DNA of 64,000 nucleotides from a bacterium BMS3Abin14 (GTDB lineage Bacteria; BMS3Abin14), in assembly GCA_002897695.1 (NCBI GenBank), contig BDTG01000041.1, positions 20,101 to 84,100 of the forward strand. Reading direction: 5' to 3'. Below the pieces are notes generated by a model. That model did no database searches. It had not been told where the DNA came from and worked only from the letters and a program-made list of their open reading frames with translations. Both the position numbers and the translations under genes were made by a program. Below are positions 13,038 to 24,566 of this stretch, one piece after another. How positions within the stretch are numbered: position 1 is the first letter of the stretch; every line of letters starts with the position of its first letter.

Positions 13038-13056
13038 TTGTTTTCCCCTTTTCCTG

Positions 13057-13147
13057 GGGGACGTAGTTAAGTTGTTAAGTTATATATCATTTTTGTCGTT
13101 TAATGCCAGGTGACCACCCAGTAACTTAACAACTTAACTACGTCCCC
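13057..13147. repeat. Perfect 26-bp inverted repeat with 39-bp spacer
   Basis: ggggacgtagttaagttgttaagtta (13057-13082) / taacttaacaacttaactacgtcccc (13122-13147). Confidence 0.9.
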
Positions 13148-13153
13148 TATTCA

Positions 13154-13453
13154 TCATTTCAGCGACATGGCAATCCCGAAAAGGGATTGAACAAGAAATG
13201 TCTGCAGGAAGATGATCACGAAAATGGCGATGATGGGCGAGATATCCATCATTCCAAAACTGAACGGGATGATTTTTCGAATATATCCCAGAACCGGTTC
13301 GGTTATCCGGACAAGAAATTGATAGATGGGATTATATGGATCAGGAGAAAACCATGTGGCAACGGCTCGGATGATAATTATCCACATGTACAGGTTCAGG
13401 GCAATGCCAAGAATCCTGGCCAGGGCCATGATAAAGTTGCTCAGAACGAACAT
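13154..13453 (-). CDS. yggT: YggT family membrane protein
   Basis: WFSPDPYNPIYQFLVRITEPVL..DISPIIAI. Confidence 0.92.
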   Translation of the reverse strand: MFVLSNFIMALARILGIALNLYMWIIIIRAVATWFSPDPYNPIYQFLVRITEPVLGYIRKIIPFSFGMMDISPIIAIFVIIFLQTFLVQSLFGIAMSLK

Positions 13454-13496
13454 AGGCCTTCGTATACCTCCGATTATACATTAAGAACTTGTCTTA

Positions 13497-13525
13497 ACCA
13501 TATAAGTTATGTGCAATATTGTCAA
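13497..13525 (-). promoter_or_regulatory. sigma70-type promoter for the yggT-divIVA unit
   Basis: TTGACA-17 nt-TATGGT on the minus strand. Confidence 0.55.
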
Positions 13526-13783
13526 ACTGTCATATGCCTGATCCGTGGACGGCGAACGGATGTTTGACCAATCTCGTCCACAACTGTATCATGTTTTTTC
13601 AGGCGAGGTACACAGGGTAAGATCAAAAGTTCTGCAGGGTAATAGTTTAAACCATTTTTCTCTCGCCCGCGAGAAAACGCCTTTGAACTTCCGGAATGCG
13701 TCGCATATTGTCGGCTTCCGACTTCGCCTTCCAGGCCACGACGGACAAGGCGTGGGGACAAACACACCGAAAGGCGGTGGGGA

Positions 13784-14602
13784 TTGAAATACAGGAAGAC
13801 TATCGGGTTTGTCGGCGGAGGAAACATGGCGGAAGCCCTGGCCGGGGGAATAACAGGAGCCGGTATCGTCCCGCCTGAAGATATCCTCATCTCCGAACCT
13901 GTCAAGGAACGTCGCTCTTCCCTCCAGCGAAGGTTTGGATTTTCGGTTACCTCCCATAATGGGGCTCCTGCAGCCGAGTGCGGCACGGTCTTTCTCTCCG
14001 TTAAACCACAAATTCTTCCAGCCGTTCTCGATGAAATCGGCCCGATTCCCGGACCCGATCAGGTTATCATCTCCATTGCCGCCGGAGTCCCTCTCTCCGT
14101 CCTGAAGGCTGCCTTCCCGGCTACCCCTGTCATACGCGCCATGCCCAACACTCCCGCTCTCACCGGGAACGGGGCAACGGTTATTGCCCCTGGAGGAAAG
14201 GTCAAAGAGGGCATGATCGCCTGGGCATGCAGACTTTTTGAGGCCGTGGGCATATGCCTCGTTCTGCCGGAAAACATGATGGACGCTGTTACAGGCCTGT
14301 CGGGAAGCGGACCGGCATACATATTCCGCATGGCCGAGGCGCTTACCGAAGCAGGAACAAGCCTGGGACTACCGCCCGGGGACGCGTCCAGGCTTGTCAC
14401 TCAGACAATACTCGGCGCCGCCATGATGATGACGGAAACAAAGATGGAGCCGGCGGCCCTGCGCGAAAGGGTGACATCTCCCGGAGGAACAACCCAGGCC
14501 GGCCTGAAGGCCATGGCCGAAGCGGGTTTCGAGGATGCAGTCAAAAAGGGTGTCCTGGCGGCTGCCGAAAGATCGAAGGCGTTAGGAAAGGGCAGCGTCT
14601 AG
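13784..14602 (+). CDS. proC: Pyrroline-5-carboxylate reductase
   Basis: GFVGGGNMA, RAMPNTP, GLSGSGPAY, VTSPGGTT. Confidence 0.95.
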   Translation: MKYRKTIGFVGGGNMAEALAGGITGAGIVPPEDILISEPVKERRSSLQRRFGFSVTSHNGAPAAECGTVFLSVKPQILPAVLDEIGPIPGPDQVIISIAAGVPLSVLKAAFPATPVIRAMPNTPALTGNGATVIAPGGKVKEGMIAWACRLFEAVGICLVLPENMMDAVTGLSGSGPAYIFRMAEALTEAGTSLGLPPGDASRLVTQTILGAAMMMTETKMEPAALRERVTSPGGTTQAGLKAMAEAGFEDAVKKGVLAAAERSKALGKGSV

Positions 14603-15291
14603 TAGCCCCGGCGACCAAAAATAGCCGTCCCCACCCTGACGATGGTCGCGCCTTCCTCAACGGCGACCTCGTAGTCCCCACTCATCCCCATGGAAAGCTC
14701 TCTGATGCTCCCGGGAGGAAAACCGCGAGTTCCAAGATCATCCCTCAGCTTTTTCAGCTCCCCGAAATGTTCCCTGGAGTCCTCCGGGTCGGAAGAAAAC
14801 GGCGGGATCGTCATCAACCCACAGGGTTTAACACCCTCCTCTTCCAGAAGGACAGAAAGGATGTCGGGAACGTCCAGGGGCCTGCAGCCGAACTTCGCCT
14901 CCTCACCCGACACGCTGACCTGAACCAGCGTCCGACAAACCACGGAGGCCTCCCGGTAGCGTCTGGCCACCTCTCTGGCCAGCCCGACCGAATCGATGGA
15001 GTGGATCCATTTGAAGAGAGGAGGACAGTTTCTGACCTTGTTTTTCTGAAGGTGACCGACCATGTGCCACACCAGATCCCCGGACAATTGAGGAATTTTC
15101 CCCTTCGCGTCCTGAATACGGTTCTCCCCGAAATCCACCTGCCCTGCGGATGCGGCCGCTGCGATACGGTCCATCGGCATCGTCTTGCTGATAGCCAGCA
15201 GAAGGACGTCTTCAGGAAGCCTGCCGGAGCGTTCGCACGCGCTATAAATCTTTTTCCGAACATTTCCCAGATTTTCGGCTATTCTATCCAT
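14599..15291 (-). CDS. yggS: PLP homeostasis protein YggS/PROSC
   Basis: LLAISKT, FGENRIQ, WHMVGHLQKNK, LSMGMSGDY, VRVGTAIFG. Confidence 0.95.
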   Translation of the reverse strand: MDRIAENLGNVRKKIYSACERSGRLPEDVLLLAISKTMPMDRIAAAASAGQVDFGENRIQDAKGKIPQLSGDLVWHMVGHLQKNKVRNCPPLFKWIHSIDSVGLAREVARRYREASVVCRTLVQVSVSGEEAKFGCRPLDVPDILSVLLEEEGVKPCGLMTIPPFSSDPEDSREHFGELKKLRDDLGTRGFPPGSIRELSMGMSGDYEVAVEEGATIVRVGTAIFGRRGY

Positions 15292-15360
15292 GGTGTACTT
15301 ATATCAGCAGATGGACAATAAATCACCGATCTTGGCAGGGTCGTAAAAAATCGTTAATAG

Positions 15361-15678
<318 letters not shown>

Positions 15679-15711
15679 AAAAGGGCCACACAGATGTGCG
15701 GCCCTAAATTC

Positions 15712-15788
<77 letters not shown>

Positions 15789-15836
15789 AGTTTTTCAACC
15801 TTACCCCGCACTGCATCAAGCGCGGATTTGTCCATT

Positions 15837-15912
15837 TGGTGGGCGGTACAAGGCTCGAACTTGTGACCCCCGGCTTGTAAGGCCGATGCTCTCCCAACTG
15901 AGCTAACCGCCC
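15837..15912 (-). tRNA. tRNA-Val (TAC)
   Basis: gggcggttagctcagttgggagagcatcggcct-TAC-aagccgggggtcacaagttcgagccttgtaccgcccaCCA. Confidence 0.96.
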
Positions 15913-15924
15913 ACGGGAAGCCTA

Positions 15925-15953
15925 CTTATAATCGTCTTGCCCGTCATTGTCAA
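15925..15953 (-). promoter_or_regulatory. sigma70 promoter of tRNA-Val/Asp
   Basis: TTGACA-17 nt-TATAAG just upstream of tRNA-Val. Confidence 0.6.
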
Positions 15954-16018
15954 TCCGGCAAAACCGCTTCAAACCCTTTTGCCCGGCGGGGATGCTATCA
16001 GCATAACTCCCCCGGAAC

Positions 16019-18442
16019 CTAGTGAGCCAGCATCGGGCCTGCCTGGTCCTGCAAACCTTCAGGGCCCCGTCCCCGCAAGGGCGCGATGGGCATCTCCTCA
16101 GTGCAGGGCAGAAGGGCAAGCTTGAGCACCTCGTCTACACTTTCCACATCATGTATGCTCAATCCCTTGAGAATCTCAGCAGGGACCTCAGTTAAATCTA
16201 TCCGGTTCTCTTTGGGAATGATTACATCCGTTACACCGCCCCTATTGGCTGCGAGGAGTTTCTCTTTCAACCCGCCGATCTTCAGCACACGCCCGCGCAA
16301 CGTGATTTCACCGGTCATGGCCAGGTTGTGCCTGACAGGTCTTCCCGTAAGGGCCGAGGCAAGGGATGTGGCGAGGGTGATCCCGGCGGAAGGACCGTCT
16401 TTGGGGATAGCCCCCTCCGGGACGTGGACGTGGATGTCCACCTTCTGGTAAAAGTCCCGGGGGATATCAAGTTCGCTGCCTTTGGAGCGAACATAACTGA
16501 GAGCAGCCCTGGCGGACTCCTGCATGACCTCCCCTAGCTTTCCCGTTAACGTGAGGTTTCCCTTGCCCTCCATGACGGTGACCTCGATCTGAAGCAGTTC
16601 GCCTCCGACCTCGGTCCAGGCCAGGCCGGTAGTCAGCCCGACCCTATCCTTCTCCTCAATGAGACCATGATCATACTTGGGCACGCCCAGATATTTTTTC
16701 ACCACATTGCTGTTTAAACTTATGCGTTTCGCCTGTTCTTTCCCCGCCTTGACAATGTCCCGCGCCACCTTGCGGAATACGGAAGCAATCTCCCGTTCAA
16801 GATTTCGGACACCGCTTTCCATCGTATAGTTCCGGATGATCGTTAAAAGACCGGCGTCCGTAAATCGTGCGTATTTCTCGGAAAGACCGTTTGCCTTAAG
16901 CTGTTTTTTTACCAGGAACTGTTTGGCGATGTTGAGTTTCTCCGGCTCCGTATAGCCCGCGATGCGGATAATCTCCATGCGGTCCCTGAGCGGGGCCGGA
17001 ACAGGATCGAGGGCGTTTGCCGTGGTGATGAACATTACATGTGAAAGGTCGTAATCAACCTCGAGGTAGTGATCGGAAAAAGCGTTGTTCTGCTCCGGGT
17101 CCAGGACCTCCAGGAGAGCTGATGATGGATCCCCGCGGAAATCCATGCTCATTTTATCCACTTCATCGAGAAGGAACAGCGGGTTAACCGTCCCGGCGCG
17201 CTTCATGGACTGGACAATTCGGCCGGGGAGCGCTCCGATATAAGTCCTCCGGTGTCCCCGGATCTCTGCCTCATCCCTGACTCCACCGAGGGACAAACGG
17301 ACAAAATTCCGGCCCATGGCGCGGGCGATGGACTTGGCCAGAGATGTCTTGCCAACTCCCGGAGGGCCCACGAAGCAGAGAATGGGCCCTTTCAGCTTGC
17401 CCACCAGCTGGTGAACAGCCAGATATTCCAGAATTCGCTCCTTTACCTTGTGCAGACCGTAATGATCCTCGTTTAGAATGCGCTCGGCCTCGGTAATATC
17501 CAGTTTGTCATCGGTCTTTGCCTTCCAAGGTATGGAGATCAGCCAGTCAATATAGTTGCGAACAACGGTGGCTTCGGCCGCCATTGGCGCCATCATCTTC
17601 AAACGGCGAAGTTCTTTAAGCGCCTTCTCATTGACCGATTCAGGCATCTCGGCGGCCTTGATCTTCTCCTCAAGTTCCTGAACCTCGGCCTTGGCCTCGT
17701 CCTTTTCGCCCAGTTCCTTCTGGATGGCCCTCATCTGTTCGTTGAGATAATATTCCTTCTGGGTCCTTTCCATCTGGCGCTTGACCCGGCCTCGTATCTT
17801 CCTTTCGATCTGGAGAATTTCGATCTCCGACTCCATTATCTGAAGTATGCTTTCCAGGCGGTGCGGCACCTCGATGGTTTCAAGAAGGTCCTGTTTGTCC
17901 TCCAGTTTGACAAGGAGATGAGCGGCGATTGTATCGGCAAACTTCCCCGGGTCCTCAATCATATTGACGGTGGAAAGGACCTCCTGCGGAACCTTCTTGT
18001 TGAGCTTCGCGTACCGCTCAAACCGGTCGACAATACTTCTCATCAGAGCCTCGATCTCAGGGACCATGGGACAGAAATATTCCAGTTCCTCGAACTCGGA
18101 AGAAAAGTAATCCACCGTCTCCCTGAAATCGGTAAGACGGCATCTCTTCTGCCCTTCTACAAGGACCTTGACCGTCCCATCGGGCAGCTTGAGCATCTGA
18201 AGAATGGACGAAAGGGTCCCCACCTCGTGGATCTCGTCCGGCGCCGGCTCATCTATCTTTGGATCCTTCTGAGCCGACAGCAGGATGTTTTTATCCGCCT
18301 CCATCGCCACCTCCAGGGCACGGATAGATTTATCCCTGCCCACGAAAAGAGGGACGATCATGTGGGGAAATACAACTATGTCTCTAAGCGGCAAAACGGG
18401 CAGCGCCTTGTCGATAAAAACTTTTTGTGTTTTGTCAGCCAT
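16019..18442 (-). CDS. lon: Lon protease
   Basis: [30 protein letters not shown] (catalytic Ser), GGLKEK. Confidence 0.97.
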   Translation of the reverse strand: MADKTQKVFIDKALPVLPLRDIVVFPHMIVPLFVGRDKSIRALEVAMEADKNILLSAQKDPKIDEPAPDEIHEVGTLSSILQMLKLPDGTVKVLVEGQKRCRLTDFRETVDYFSSEFEELEYFCPMVPEIEALMRSIVDRFERYAKLNKKVPQEVLSTVNMIEDPGKFADTIAAHLLVKLEDKQDLLETIEVPHRLESILQIMESEIEILQIERKIRGRVKRQMERTQKEYYLNEQMRAIQKELGEKDEAKAEVQELEEKIKAAEMPESVNEKALKELRRLKMMAPMAAEATVVRNYIDWLISIPWKAKTDDKLDITEAERILNEDHYGLHKVKERILEYLAVHQLVGKLKGPILCFVGPPGVGKTSLAKSIARAMGRNFVRLSLGGVRDEAEIRGHRRTYIGALPGRIVQSMKRAGTVNPLFLLDEVDKMSMDFRGDPSSALLEVLDPEQNNAFSDHYLEVDYDLSHVMFITTANALDPVPAPLRDRMEIIRIAGYTEPEKLNIAKQFLVKKQLKANGLSEKYARFTDAGLLTIIRNYTMESGVRNLEREIASVFRKVARDIVKAGKEQAKRISLNSNVVKKYLGVPKYDHGLIEEKDRVGLTTGLAWTEVGGELLQIEVTVMEGKGNLTLTGKLGEVMQESARAALSYVRSKGSELDIPRDFYQKVDIHVHVPEGAIPKDGPSAGITLATSLASALTGRPVRHNLAMTGEITLRGRVLKIGGLKEKLLAANRGGVTDVIIPKENRIDLTEVPAEILKGLSIHDVESVDEVLKLALLPCTEEMPIAPLRGRGPEGLQDQAGPMLAH

Positions 18443-18532
18443 TTGCGAATCACACTCCATTCTATTTACACAGTTACCCCCAGCCTTAAAGGATGGTCCC
18501 CTCGAACAAGGGGACATCGGGCCGGGGGGAAT

Positions 18533-19801
18533 TTATGATACCTTTTTTTCCTCTTCCTCCTCGCCGGGACCCGAGTCGTAAAGAAGTATGGGATCCATGC
18601 TGGAAAGAACGACATCCTCGTTGACAATACACTCACGAACGTTAGGCTGCGAGGGAAGATCGTACATGATATTGAGCATCCGGTCCTCCAGAATGGCACG
18701 CAGGCCTCTGGCCCCGGATTTCCGGTCAATGGCCTCTTTCGCAACCGCGGAAAGAGCCCCTGCTGTAAATTTCAACGCTGTATTCTCAAATCCAAAGAAT
18801 TTCTGGTATTGCTTGACCAGCGCGTTTTTCGGTTCAGTGAGTATGCTGACCAAGGCATCTTCATCCAGGTCGTGAAGGGTGGCCACAACCGGGATCCTGC
18901 CGACAAACTCCGGGATCATGCCGAAACGAATTAAATCCTCCGGCCGCATTTGAGTGAGGATTTGACCAATATTTTTTTCTGTCCTGGTCTTGACCTCAGC
19001 CCCGAAACCAAGGCCCTTTTTCCCTATCCTCTGCTCGATCACCGACTCCAGCCCGACAAATGCTCCACCGCAGATGAAAAGAATATTCTCGGTATCGACC
19101 GCGATAAACTCCTGCTGAGGATGCTTACGTCCACCCTGGGGAGGCACGTTTGCCAAAGTACCCTCAATAATTTTAAGGAGGGCCTGCTGAACTCCCTCGC
19201 CGGAAACATCCCTGGTAATGGATGGGTTGTCGCTCTTCCTTGCGACCTTGTCGATTTCATCAATGTAAACGATCCCCTTCTCCGCACGGCTCACGTCGTA
19301 ATCGGCATTCTGCAGAAGCCTGAGGATAATATTTTCAACATCCTCGCCGACGTACCCCGCTTCAGTCAGTGTCGTCGCGTCAACGATGGCAAATGGAACG
19401 TTAAGAATCCTTGCCAGGGTCTGCGCAAGGAGGGTTTTCCCTGTTCCGGTCGGACCTATAAGAAAAATATTGCTTTTCTGAAGCTCAACATCATCACTGC
19501 TGGCTTCGATGCGTTTGTAATGATTATATACCGCCACGGAGAGCATCTTTTTGGCCCTTTTCTGACCTATCACATACTCGTCCAGAGCTTTTTTTATCTG
19601 TTCGGGCTTCAGCAGATCTTTTGAGATCCTTTCGCTTTCCTCGCGTTCCCACTCCTCCTCGATAATGTCGGTACACAGATCCACGCACTCGTTGCAAATA
19701 TAGACCGTAGGGCCGGCGATCAGTTTACGGACCTCATCCTGTGTCTTACCGCAGAAGGAACAGCGCAGTATCGAACTGTTCGTGCCCGTTTTTTCACTCA
19801 T
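18533..19801 (-). CDS. clpX: ClpX ATPase
   Basis: CSFCGK zinc domain, [22 protein letters not shown]. Confidence 0.97.
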   Translation of the reverse strand: MSEKTGTNSSILRCSFCGKTQDEVRKLIAGPTVYICNECVDLCTDIIEEEWEREESERISKDLLKPEQIKKALDEYVIGQKRAKKMLSVAVYNHYKRIEASSDDVELQKSNIFLIGPTGTGKTLLAQTLARILNVPFAIVDATTLTEAGYVGEDVENIILRLLQNADYDVSRAEKGIVYIDEIDKVARKSDNPSITRDVSGEGVQQALLKIIEGTLANVPPQGGRKHPQQEFIAVDTENILFICGGAFVGLESVIEQRIGKKGLGFGAEVKTRTEKNIGQILTQMRPEDLIRFGMIPEFVGRIPVVATLHDLDEDALVSILTEPKNALVKQYQKFFGFENTALKFTAGALSAVAKEAIDRKSGARGLRAILEDRMLNIMYDLPSQPNVRECIVNEDVVLSSMDPILLYDSGPGEEEEEKKVS

Positions 19802-19828
19802 GGTTTCTCCTTCGTGGCTTTAGACGCA

Positions 19829-20419
19829 CTATTCGGCAAGCCGTTGGGAAATCACTCTGTCAACCAGTCCATACTGTACAGCCTGTTCTCCTGACATGAA
19901 AAAATCACGGTCTGTATCCGCTTCAATAGTCTCAAGGGGCTGTCCGGTACTCTCGGCGAGAATACCGTTCAGCTCACCCTTGATGCGCAATATTTCCTTC
20001 GCATGTATGTCTATATCCGATGCCTGTCCCGAAAAACCGCCCATGGGCTGGTGGATCATAATCCTCGCGTGGGGCAGAGACAACCGCTTCCCCCTGGTGC
20101 CGGCAGAAAGGATAAGAGCGCCCATGCTCGCTGCCTGTCCGATGCAGATCGTCTCAATCTCCGGTCTAATGTAACGCAGGGTATCGTAGATGGCAAGACC
20201 GGCCGACACGGACCCTCCGGGACTGTTGATATAGATGTGTATATCCTTGTCGGGCGCGTCAGCCTCCAGGAAGAGCAGCTGCGCGATGATCAGGTTTGAA
20301 ACATTGTCATCGATGGTGGTGCCCAGGAAGATTATCCGATCTTTCAGGAGACGCGAATAGATATCGTAGGCCCTCTCTCCCCGGCCCGTTTGTTCGATTA
20401 CCATCGGGATAAGGTTCAT
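19829..20419 (-). CDS. clpP: ClpP protease subunit
   Basis: [33 protein letters not shown]. Confidence 0.97.
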   Translation of the reverse strand: MNLIPMVIEQTGRGERAYDIYSRLLKDRIIFLGTTIDDNVSNLIIAQLLFLEADAPDKDIHIYINSPGGSVSAGLAIYDTLRYIRPEIETICIGQAASMGALILSAGTRGKRLSLPHARIMIHQPMGGFSGQASDIDIHAKEILRIKGELNGILAESTGQPLETIEADTDRDFFMSGEQAVQYGLVDRVISQRLAE

Positions 20420-20420
20420 G

Positions 20421-21737
20421 TCAATTATCCTCCTGCCCGTTTTCATCCTTTACCTCGACCTCTGTGATGGAGGCGTTTTCCAGGATGTGGTTAAAGACCT
20501 TGTCACGCAGGATACCGAAGGTGATCTCATTAATGGTGCCGTCGGATGAATACTCCTCCCTGAGATCCTCGTAACGTTTACCCGCCTGGGCCGCAGCACG
20601 TCTGATTATGGCGTCAACCTCCGCGTCCCTGGTCTCGAACTTTTCCCTGTCTGCAATTTCGCTGACGATATACATGAGACGGCCGTGTTCTGTGGCCGTT
20701 TTTTTGAGTTCATCCTCGTTGACCAGGATAAGTTCCTTGATCTTCTCGCCGGGAACACCCGCCCGAGTCAGTTTTTCACCGTAATCCTGGACGAGGAACC
20801 TCAACTCCTTGTCCACCAGAGAGGGGGGTACCTCAAACACGTTGGTATCAACCAGGTTGCGCGTCAGGTTTGAGCGCAGACCGCGCTCGGAATCGGCCTC
20901 CCTGGCTTTTTCCATGTCCTCGCGAACGGCCTTCTTCAATTCATCGACCGTTTTGTACTCACCCACGGTGGAGGCAAATTCGTCGTCAAGATCGGGGATG
21001 TCCAGCATCTCGATCGTCTTTATGTTTACCGAAAAGTGAATTGTATGTCCTGCCAGGTCCCTGTTGGCAAAATCGTCGGAGAAGGGAAGGTCGAACTCTT
21101 TTACCTCGCCTGCCTTCATGCCAACGATCTGCTCTTCAAAACCGGGCACCAGTTCAGTTTTGCCTATCCGGATACCGTAGTCCTTGACGTCCATCCCCTC
21201 TACGGGCTCACCCTCTTTTGTCCCGGAGAAATCAACCCTGGCCAGGTCTCCGCTGCGAAGCGCCCTGTCCTCTTCAACCGGGACGGCCTCGGCCCGTTGT
21301 TCCCTGAAAGAATCCAGAAAACCGGTTACATCCTCATCCTTGACCCGGGATATGGGTTTCTCCAGTTCAAGTCCCCTGTAATCAACAAGTTCGAAGGATG
21401 GGGACAGTTCAACTATGGCCTCGAACCCCAGGGGATTGTCGTCATCGCTCTTAACGTCGGTAAGATATGGACTGCCGAAAGGGATCAGATTATTTTCATC
21501 CAGCGCCTTTCGGGTAGCGACGGATACCAATGATTTTATGGCGTCATCCTTCGCCTCGGCGCCATAGATTTTACGAACCATCTCAAGGGGTGCCTTGCCC
21601 TTGCGAAACCCCTTCAGCGTGGCTCCGGCCCTGATATGGAGGAGGGCCTTGTCGATCTCCTCCTTAACCGTATCCCATGGTATCTCTACACTCAGTTTTC
21701 TCTCCACATCGCTTGTTTTCTCAATGTTGATCTTCAT
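20421..21737 (-). CDS. tig: Trigger factor
   Basis: GFRKGKAP ribosome-binding motif, FKBP domain ([11 protein letters not shown]), tig-clpP-clpX-lon synteny. Confidence 0.93.
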   Translation of the reverse strand: MKINIEKTSDVERKLSVEIPWDTVKEEIDKALLHIRAGATLKGFRKGKAPLEMVRKIYGAEAKDDAIKSLVSVATRKALDENNLIPFGSPYLTDVKSDDDNPLGFEAIVELSPSFELVDYRGLELEKPISRVKDEDVTGFLDSFREQRAEAVPVEEDRALRSGDLARVDFSGTKEGEPVEGMDVKDYGIRIGKTELVPGFEEQIVGMKAGEVKEFDLPFSDDFANRDLAGHTIHFSVNIKTIEMLDIPDLDDEFASTVGEYKTVDELKKAVREDMEKAREADSERGLRSNLTRNLVDTNVFEVPPSLVDKELRFLVQDYGEKLTRAGVPGEKIKELILVNEDELKKTATEHGRLMYIVSEIADREKFETRDAEVDAIIRRAAAQAGKRYEDLREEYSSDGTINEITFGILRDKVFNHILENASITEVEVKDENGQEDN

Positions 21738-21788
21738 GAAAAAATTTGCTCCTCTCAAAAATACGGTAAATAAAATTAGTCTCCGGCG

Positions 21789-21873
21789 TGGTGCGAGAAG
21801 GGGGACTCGAACCCCCACACCGTAAGGTACTGGGTCCTAAACCCAGCGCGTCTGCCGGTTCCGCCATTCTCGC
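21789..21873 (-). tRNA. tRNA-Leu (TAG)
   Basis: gcgagaatggcggaaccggcagacgcgctgggtt-TAG-gacccag, long variable arm, ggttcgagtcc, CCA end. Confidence 0.95.
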
Positions 21874-21992
21874 AGTTAACCAGTGTCCAAGGTCCAACGT
21901 CCAATATTGTCGCCGTTTCGGCGGCTGGATAAAAATGGTTTCTAACAGGATTACAAGTTTTTTGGAAGAGGGTTCGTGTCTTTCCGCCCTGC

Positions 21993-22094
21993 ATGGAGGG
22001 GGGGCCTTTCCCCCGCGAAGTGGCAGGCCGCCATATGTCCCGTCGCCAATTCACGAAGATCGGGCTGGGTACATCACCGCAACGCGATTGCTGA
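21993..22094 (+). pseudogene. Stub of a Tat-exported protein
   Basis: [26 protein letters not shown], cut off where the antisense dppF remnant begins. Confidence 0.4.
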
Positions 22095-22779
22095 TATGCT
22101 CCACTACGCTCAGATCATGGGAAATAAAGAGGTAGGTCAGGCCAAACTCCTCCTGTAGGTCCTGAAGGAGATTTATCACCTGGGCCTGGATGGAAACATC
22201 CAGGGCGGACACGGCCTCGTCACAGACGATGAGGCTCGGGTTAAGGGCCAGCGCCCTGGCAATTCCTATGCGCTGCCTCTGCCCTCCCGAGAACTGGTGA
22301 GGATACCTTCTCATATGTTCTTTCTTCAATCCGACGTATTCGAGAAGTTCCTGAACCCTGGCGTTACGTTCAGACCGGGTCGACATTCCGTGCACCAGGA
22401 GAGGCTCTCCGACAATGTGGGACACGTTCTTCCGGGGGTTTAGGGATGAAAATGGATCCTGAAAAATGATCTGTACTTCCTTGCGCAACGCTCGCATACG
22501 GGCCTTGTCAAAAGCGAGGATATTCTCTCCCCTGTAGAGCACCTCGCCGGCGGTTGGATCGAGAAGCCTCAGGAGAAGAAAGCCCAGAGTGGATTTTCCG
22601 CATCCCGATTCTCCCACCAGTCCCATGGTCTGCCTCTCGGGGATTGTGAGGCTGACCCCGTCCACAGCCTTCACGGATGCAACCTCACGAAGCAGGGCGC
22701 CTCCTTTTACAGGAAAATACTTCACCAGATCCCTGATCTCCACCAGAGGGATCTCTCTGCCTCCTGGATCTTCAGCCAT
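22051..22779 (-). pseudogene. Oligopeptide ABC ATPase (DppF/OppF-like), 3'-truncated
   Basis: [25 protein letters not shown]; ends VMYPARSS where the family continues VMYLG.. plus a C-terminal domain. Confidence 0.8.
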
Positions 22780-23596
22780 ATTTATGACAGCTAACGGTGT
22801 GCCCTGGTGCAACCTCGACCTCCGGGGCCTTTTCATGGAGACATTCGTCCATGGCATCCGGACAGCGTTCACAATAGTTGCAGCCGTCCGGCAGGGAGAA
22901 AAGCGAACAGACCGTACCGCCGATGGTGGTAAGCCTCCTGCTTTTCCGAGAATTCAGTACGGGCATGGAGTTTAACAGCCCGACGGTATATGGATGTCGC
23001 GGATCATGAAAAAGATCCTCCACCCTGGCCATCTCCACCACCCTGCCGCAGTACAGCACCACGACCCTCTGTGCCATCTCGGCAATAACCCCCAGGTCGT
23101 GGGTAATAAACAGGATTGAAGCGTTGGTTTCCTCCTTGAGCCTGTTCATCAGGTCAAGGATCTGAGCCTGGATGGTCACATCAAGAGCTGTGGTCGGCTC
23201 GTCGGCTATCATCAACCTCAGATTGCAGGCGAGGGCCATGGCAATCATCACCCGCTGCCGCATTCCACCACTCATCTGGTGGGGGTGGTCGTCGATGCGA
23301 TCTTCGGGAGCCGGTATACCCACGAGACGAAACGCCTCTATAACCTTCTCCCTTGTCTGCTTCCGCGAAAGTCTATGGTGGTGCTGTATGACCTCGGCGA
23401 CCTGATTACCCACGGTGTATACCGGGTTCAACGATGTCATCGGCTCCTGAAAGATTATGGAAATCCGGTTTCCGCGGATTTTTCTCATGCGCGATTCAGG
23501 CGCCTTTAACAGGTCCTCTCCCTCAAAGAGGATCTCACCGCCGGCGATCCTTCCGGGAGGGGATGGGATCAGCCCCATAATGGCGGCGGCCGTCAC
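22772..23596 (-). pseudogene. Oligopeptide ABC ATPase (DppD/OppD-like), 5'-truncated (Walker A lost)
   Basis: Begins at [36 protein letters not shown], CxxxxRC tail. Confidence 0.82.
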
Positions 23597-24021
23597 CCAA
23601 CAGGTTGAAGCCCAGAACCCCCAGGAATATGGCAATGCCGGGTAAAGCCATTACCCACCAGGCCCGGAGGATCAGGGAACGCCCCGAACAGAACAGCGAT
23701 CCCTACACTGACGACTCCGACCATGAGGGAAACCCTGGCCCCGAATATAATTCTGGACAGGATGTCCCTGCCCAGGTCATCCGTCCCCAGCAGGTTTTCG
23801 GAACTCCCTCCCTGTTGCCATATCGGAGGCTTCAGCTGATCGTAAAGGGAATTTTCAATGGGATCGTGGGGACTGAGAACCGGGGCAAACAGGGCGGCAA
23901 GGACAAACAGGGTGATCAACACCAGACCGAGCACACCGGTCCTGTTCTTCAGCAGCTTTTCAAGCTGGTCGAAAAACGGGTGTCTGTTTTCCGGATCCGT
24001 AAATCTCGTGATCAAGCCCAT
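23588..24021 (-). pseudogene. Oligopeptide ABC permease (DppC-like), internally deleted
   Basis: LGTDDLGRDILSRIIFGARVSL, then out-of-frame C-terminal pieces [19 protein letters not shown] and [10 protein letters not shown]. Confidence 0.82.
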
Positions 24022-24055
24022 AACGATTATAAACTTCCTTTTCTAACCATCATCT

Positions 24056-24214
24056 GTTGATGGACTCGCAAAAAGTCCATTCGTGGCTTTTTGCTCAACG
24101 GAAAGCGGAAAATGTCATTTTCACTTTCCTTACAAATCAACGACTTGCGCTGCAAGTCATCGATTTGGGCGCCCTTAAACGGGCGCGTTGATGACTTTTT
24201 GCGAAGTCATCAAC
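24056..24214. mobile_element. MITE-like element, longest two-ended copy of a dispersed family
   Basis: Ends GTTGATGGACTCGCAAAAAGTC ... GACTTTTTGCGAAGTCATCAAC; internal sequence shared with copies at 57331 and 58697. Confidence 0.7.
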
Positions 24215-24566
24215 TGTTGCTGATTCGCGGGTTGATGACAGCGTACAGAATGTCAACGATGAGATTGACCATCACGAAGGTGGCGGCCACGATCATGGTG
24301 CCCCCCTGGATAACCATGTAGTCCCTCTTGACGACCCCCTCGAACAGCCACTTCCCTACCCCCCCGCCAGGCGAAGACGGTCTCGGTCAGTATCGCCCCA
24401 CCCAAAAGGATGCCGAATTGAAGACCGATTACTGTTATCACCGGGATGAGACCGTTACGGAGGGCGTGTTTGAACACGACCCTGGTTCGGCTCAATCCCT
24501 TGGCCTTGGCCGTTCTGATATAGTCCTGGCGCAGGACCTCCAGCATGGAGGATCGAGTCATCTGCC
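24210..24566 (-). pseudogene. Oligopeptide ABC permease (DppB-like) C-terminal fragment, frameshifted
   Basis: [34 protein letters not shown]; frameshift in a G-run near 24360; fused to the transposase remnant. Confidence 0.82.

Noticed and set aside
14254..15321. 355-aa plus-strand ORF
   Set aside because: Overlaps proC out of frame and is antisense to yggS; typical GC-rich shadow ORF, like most short alternates in the track.
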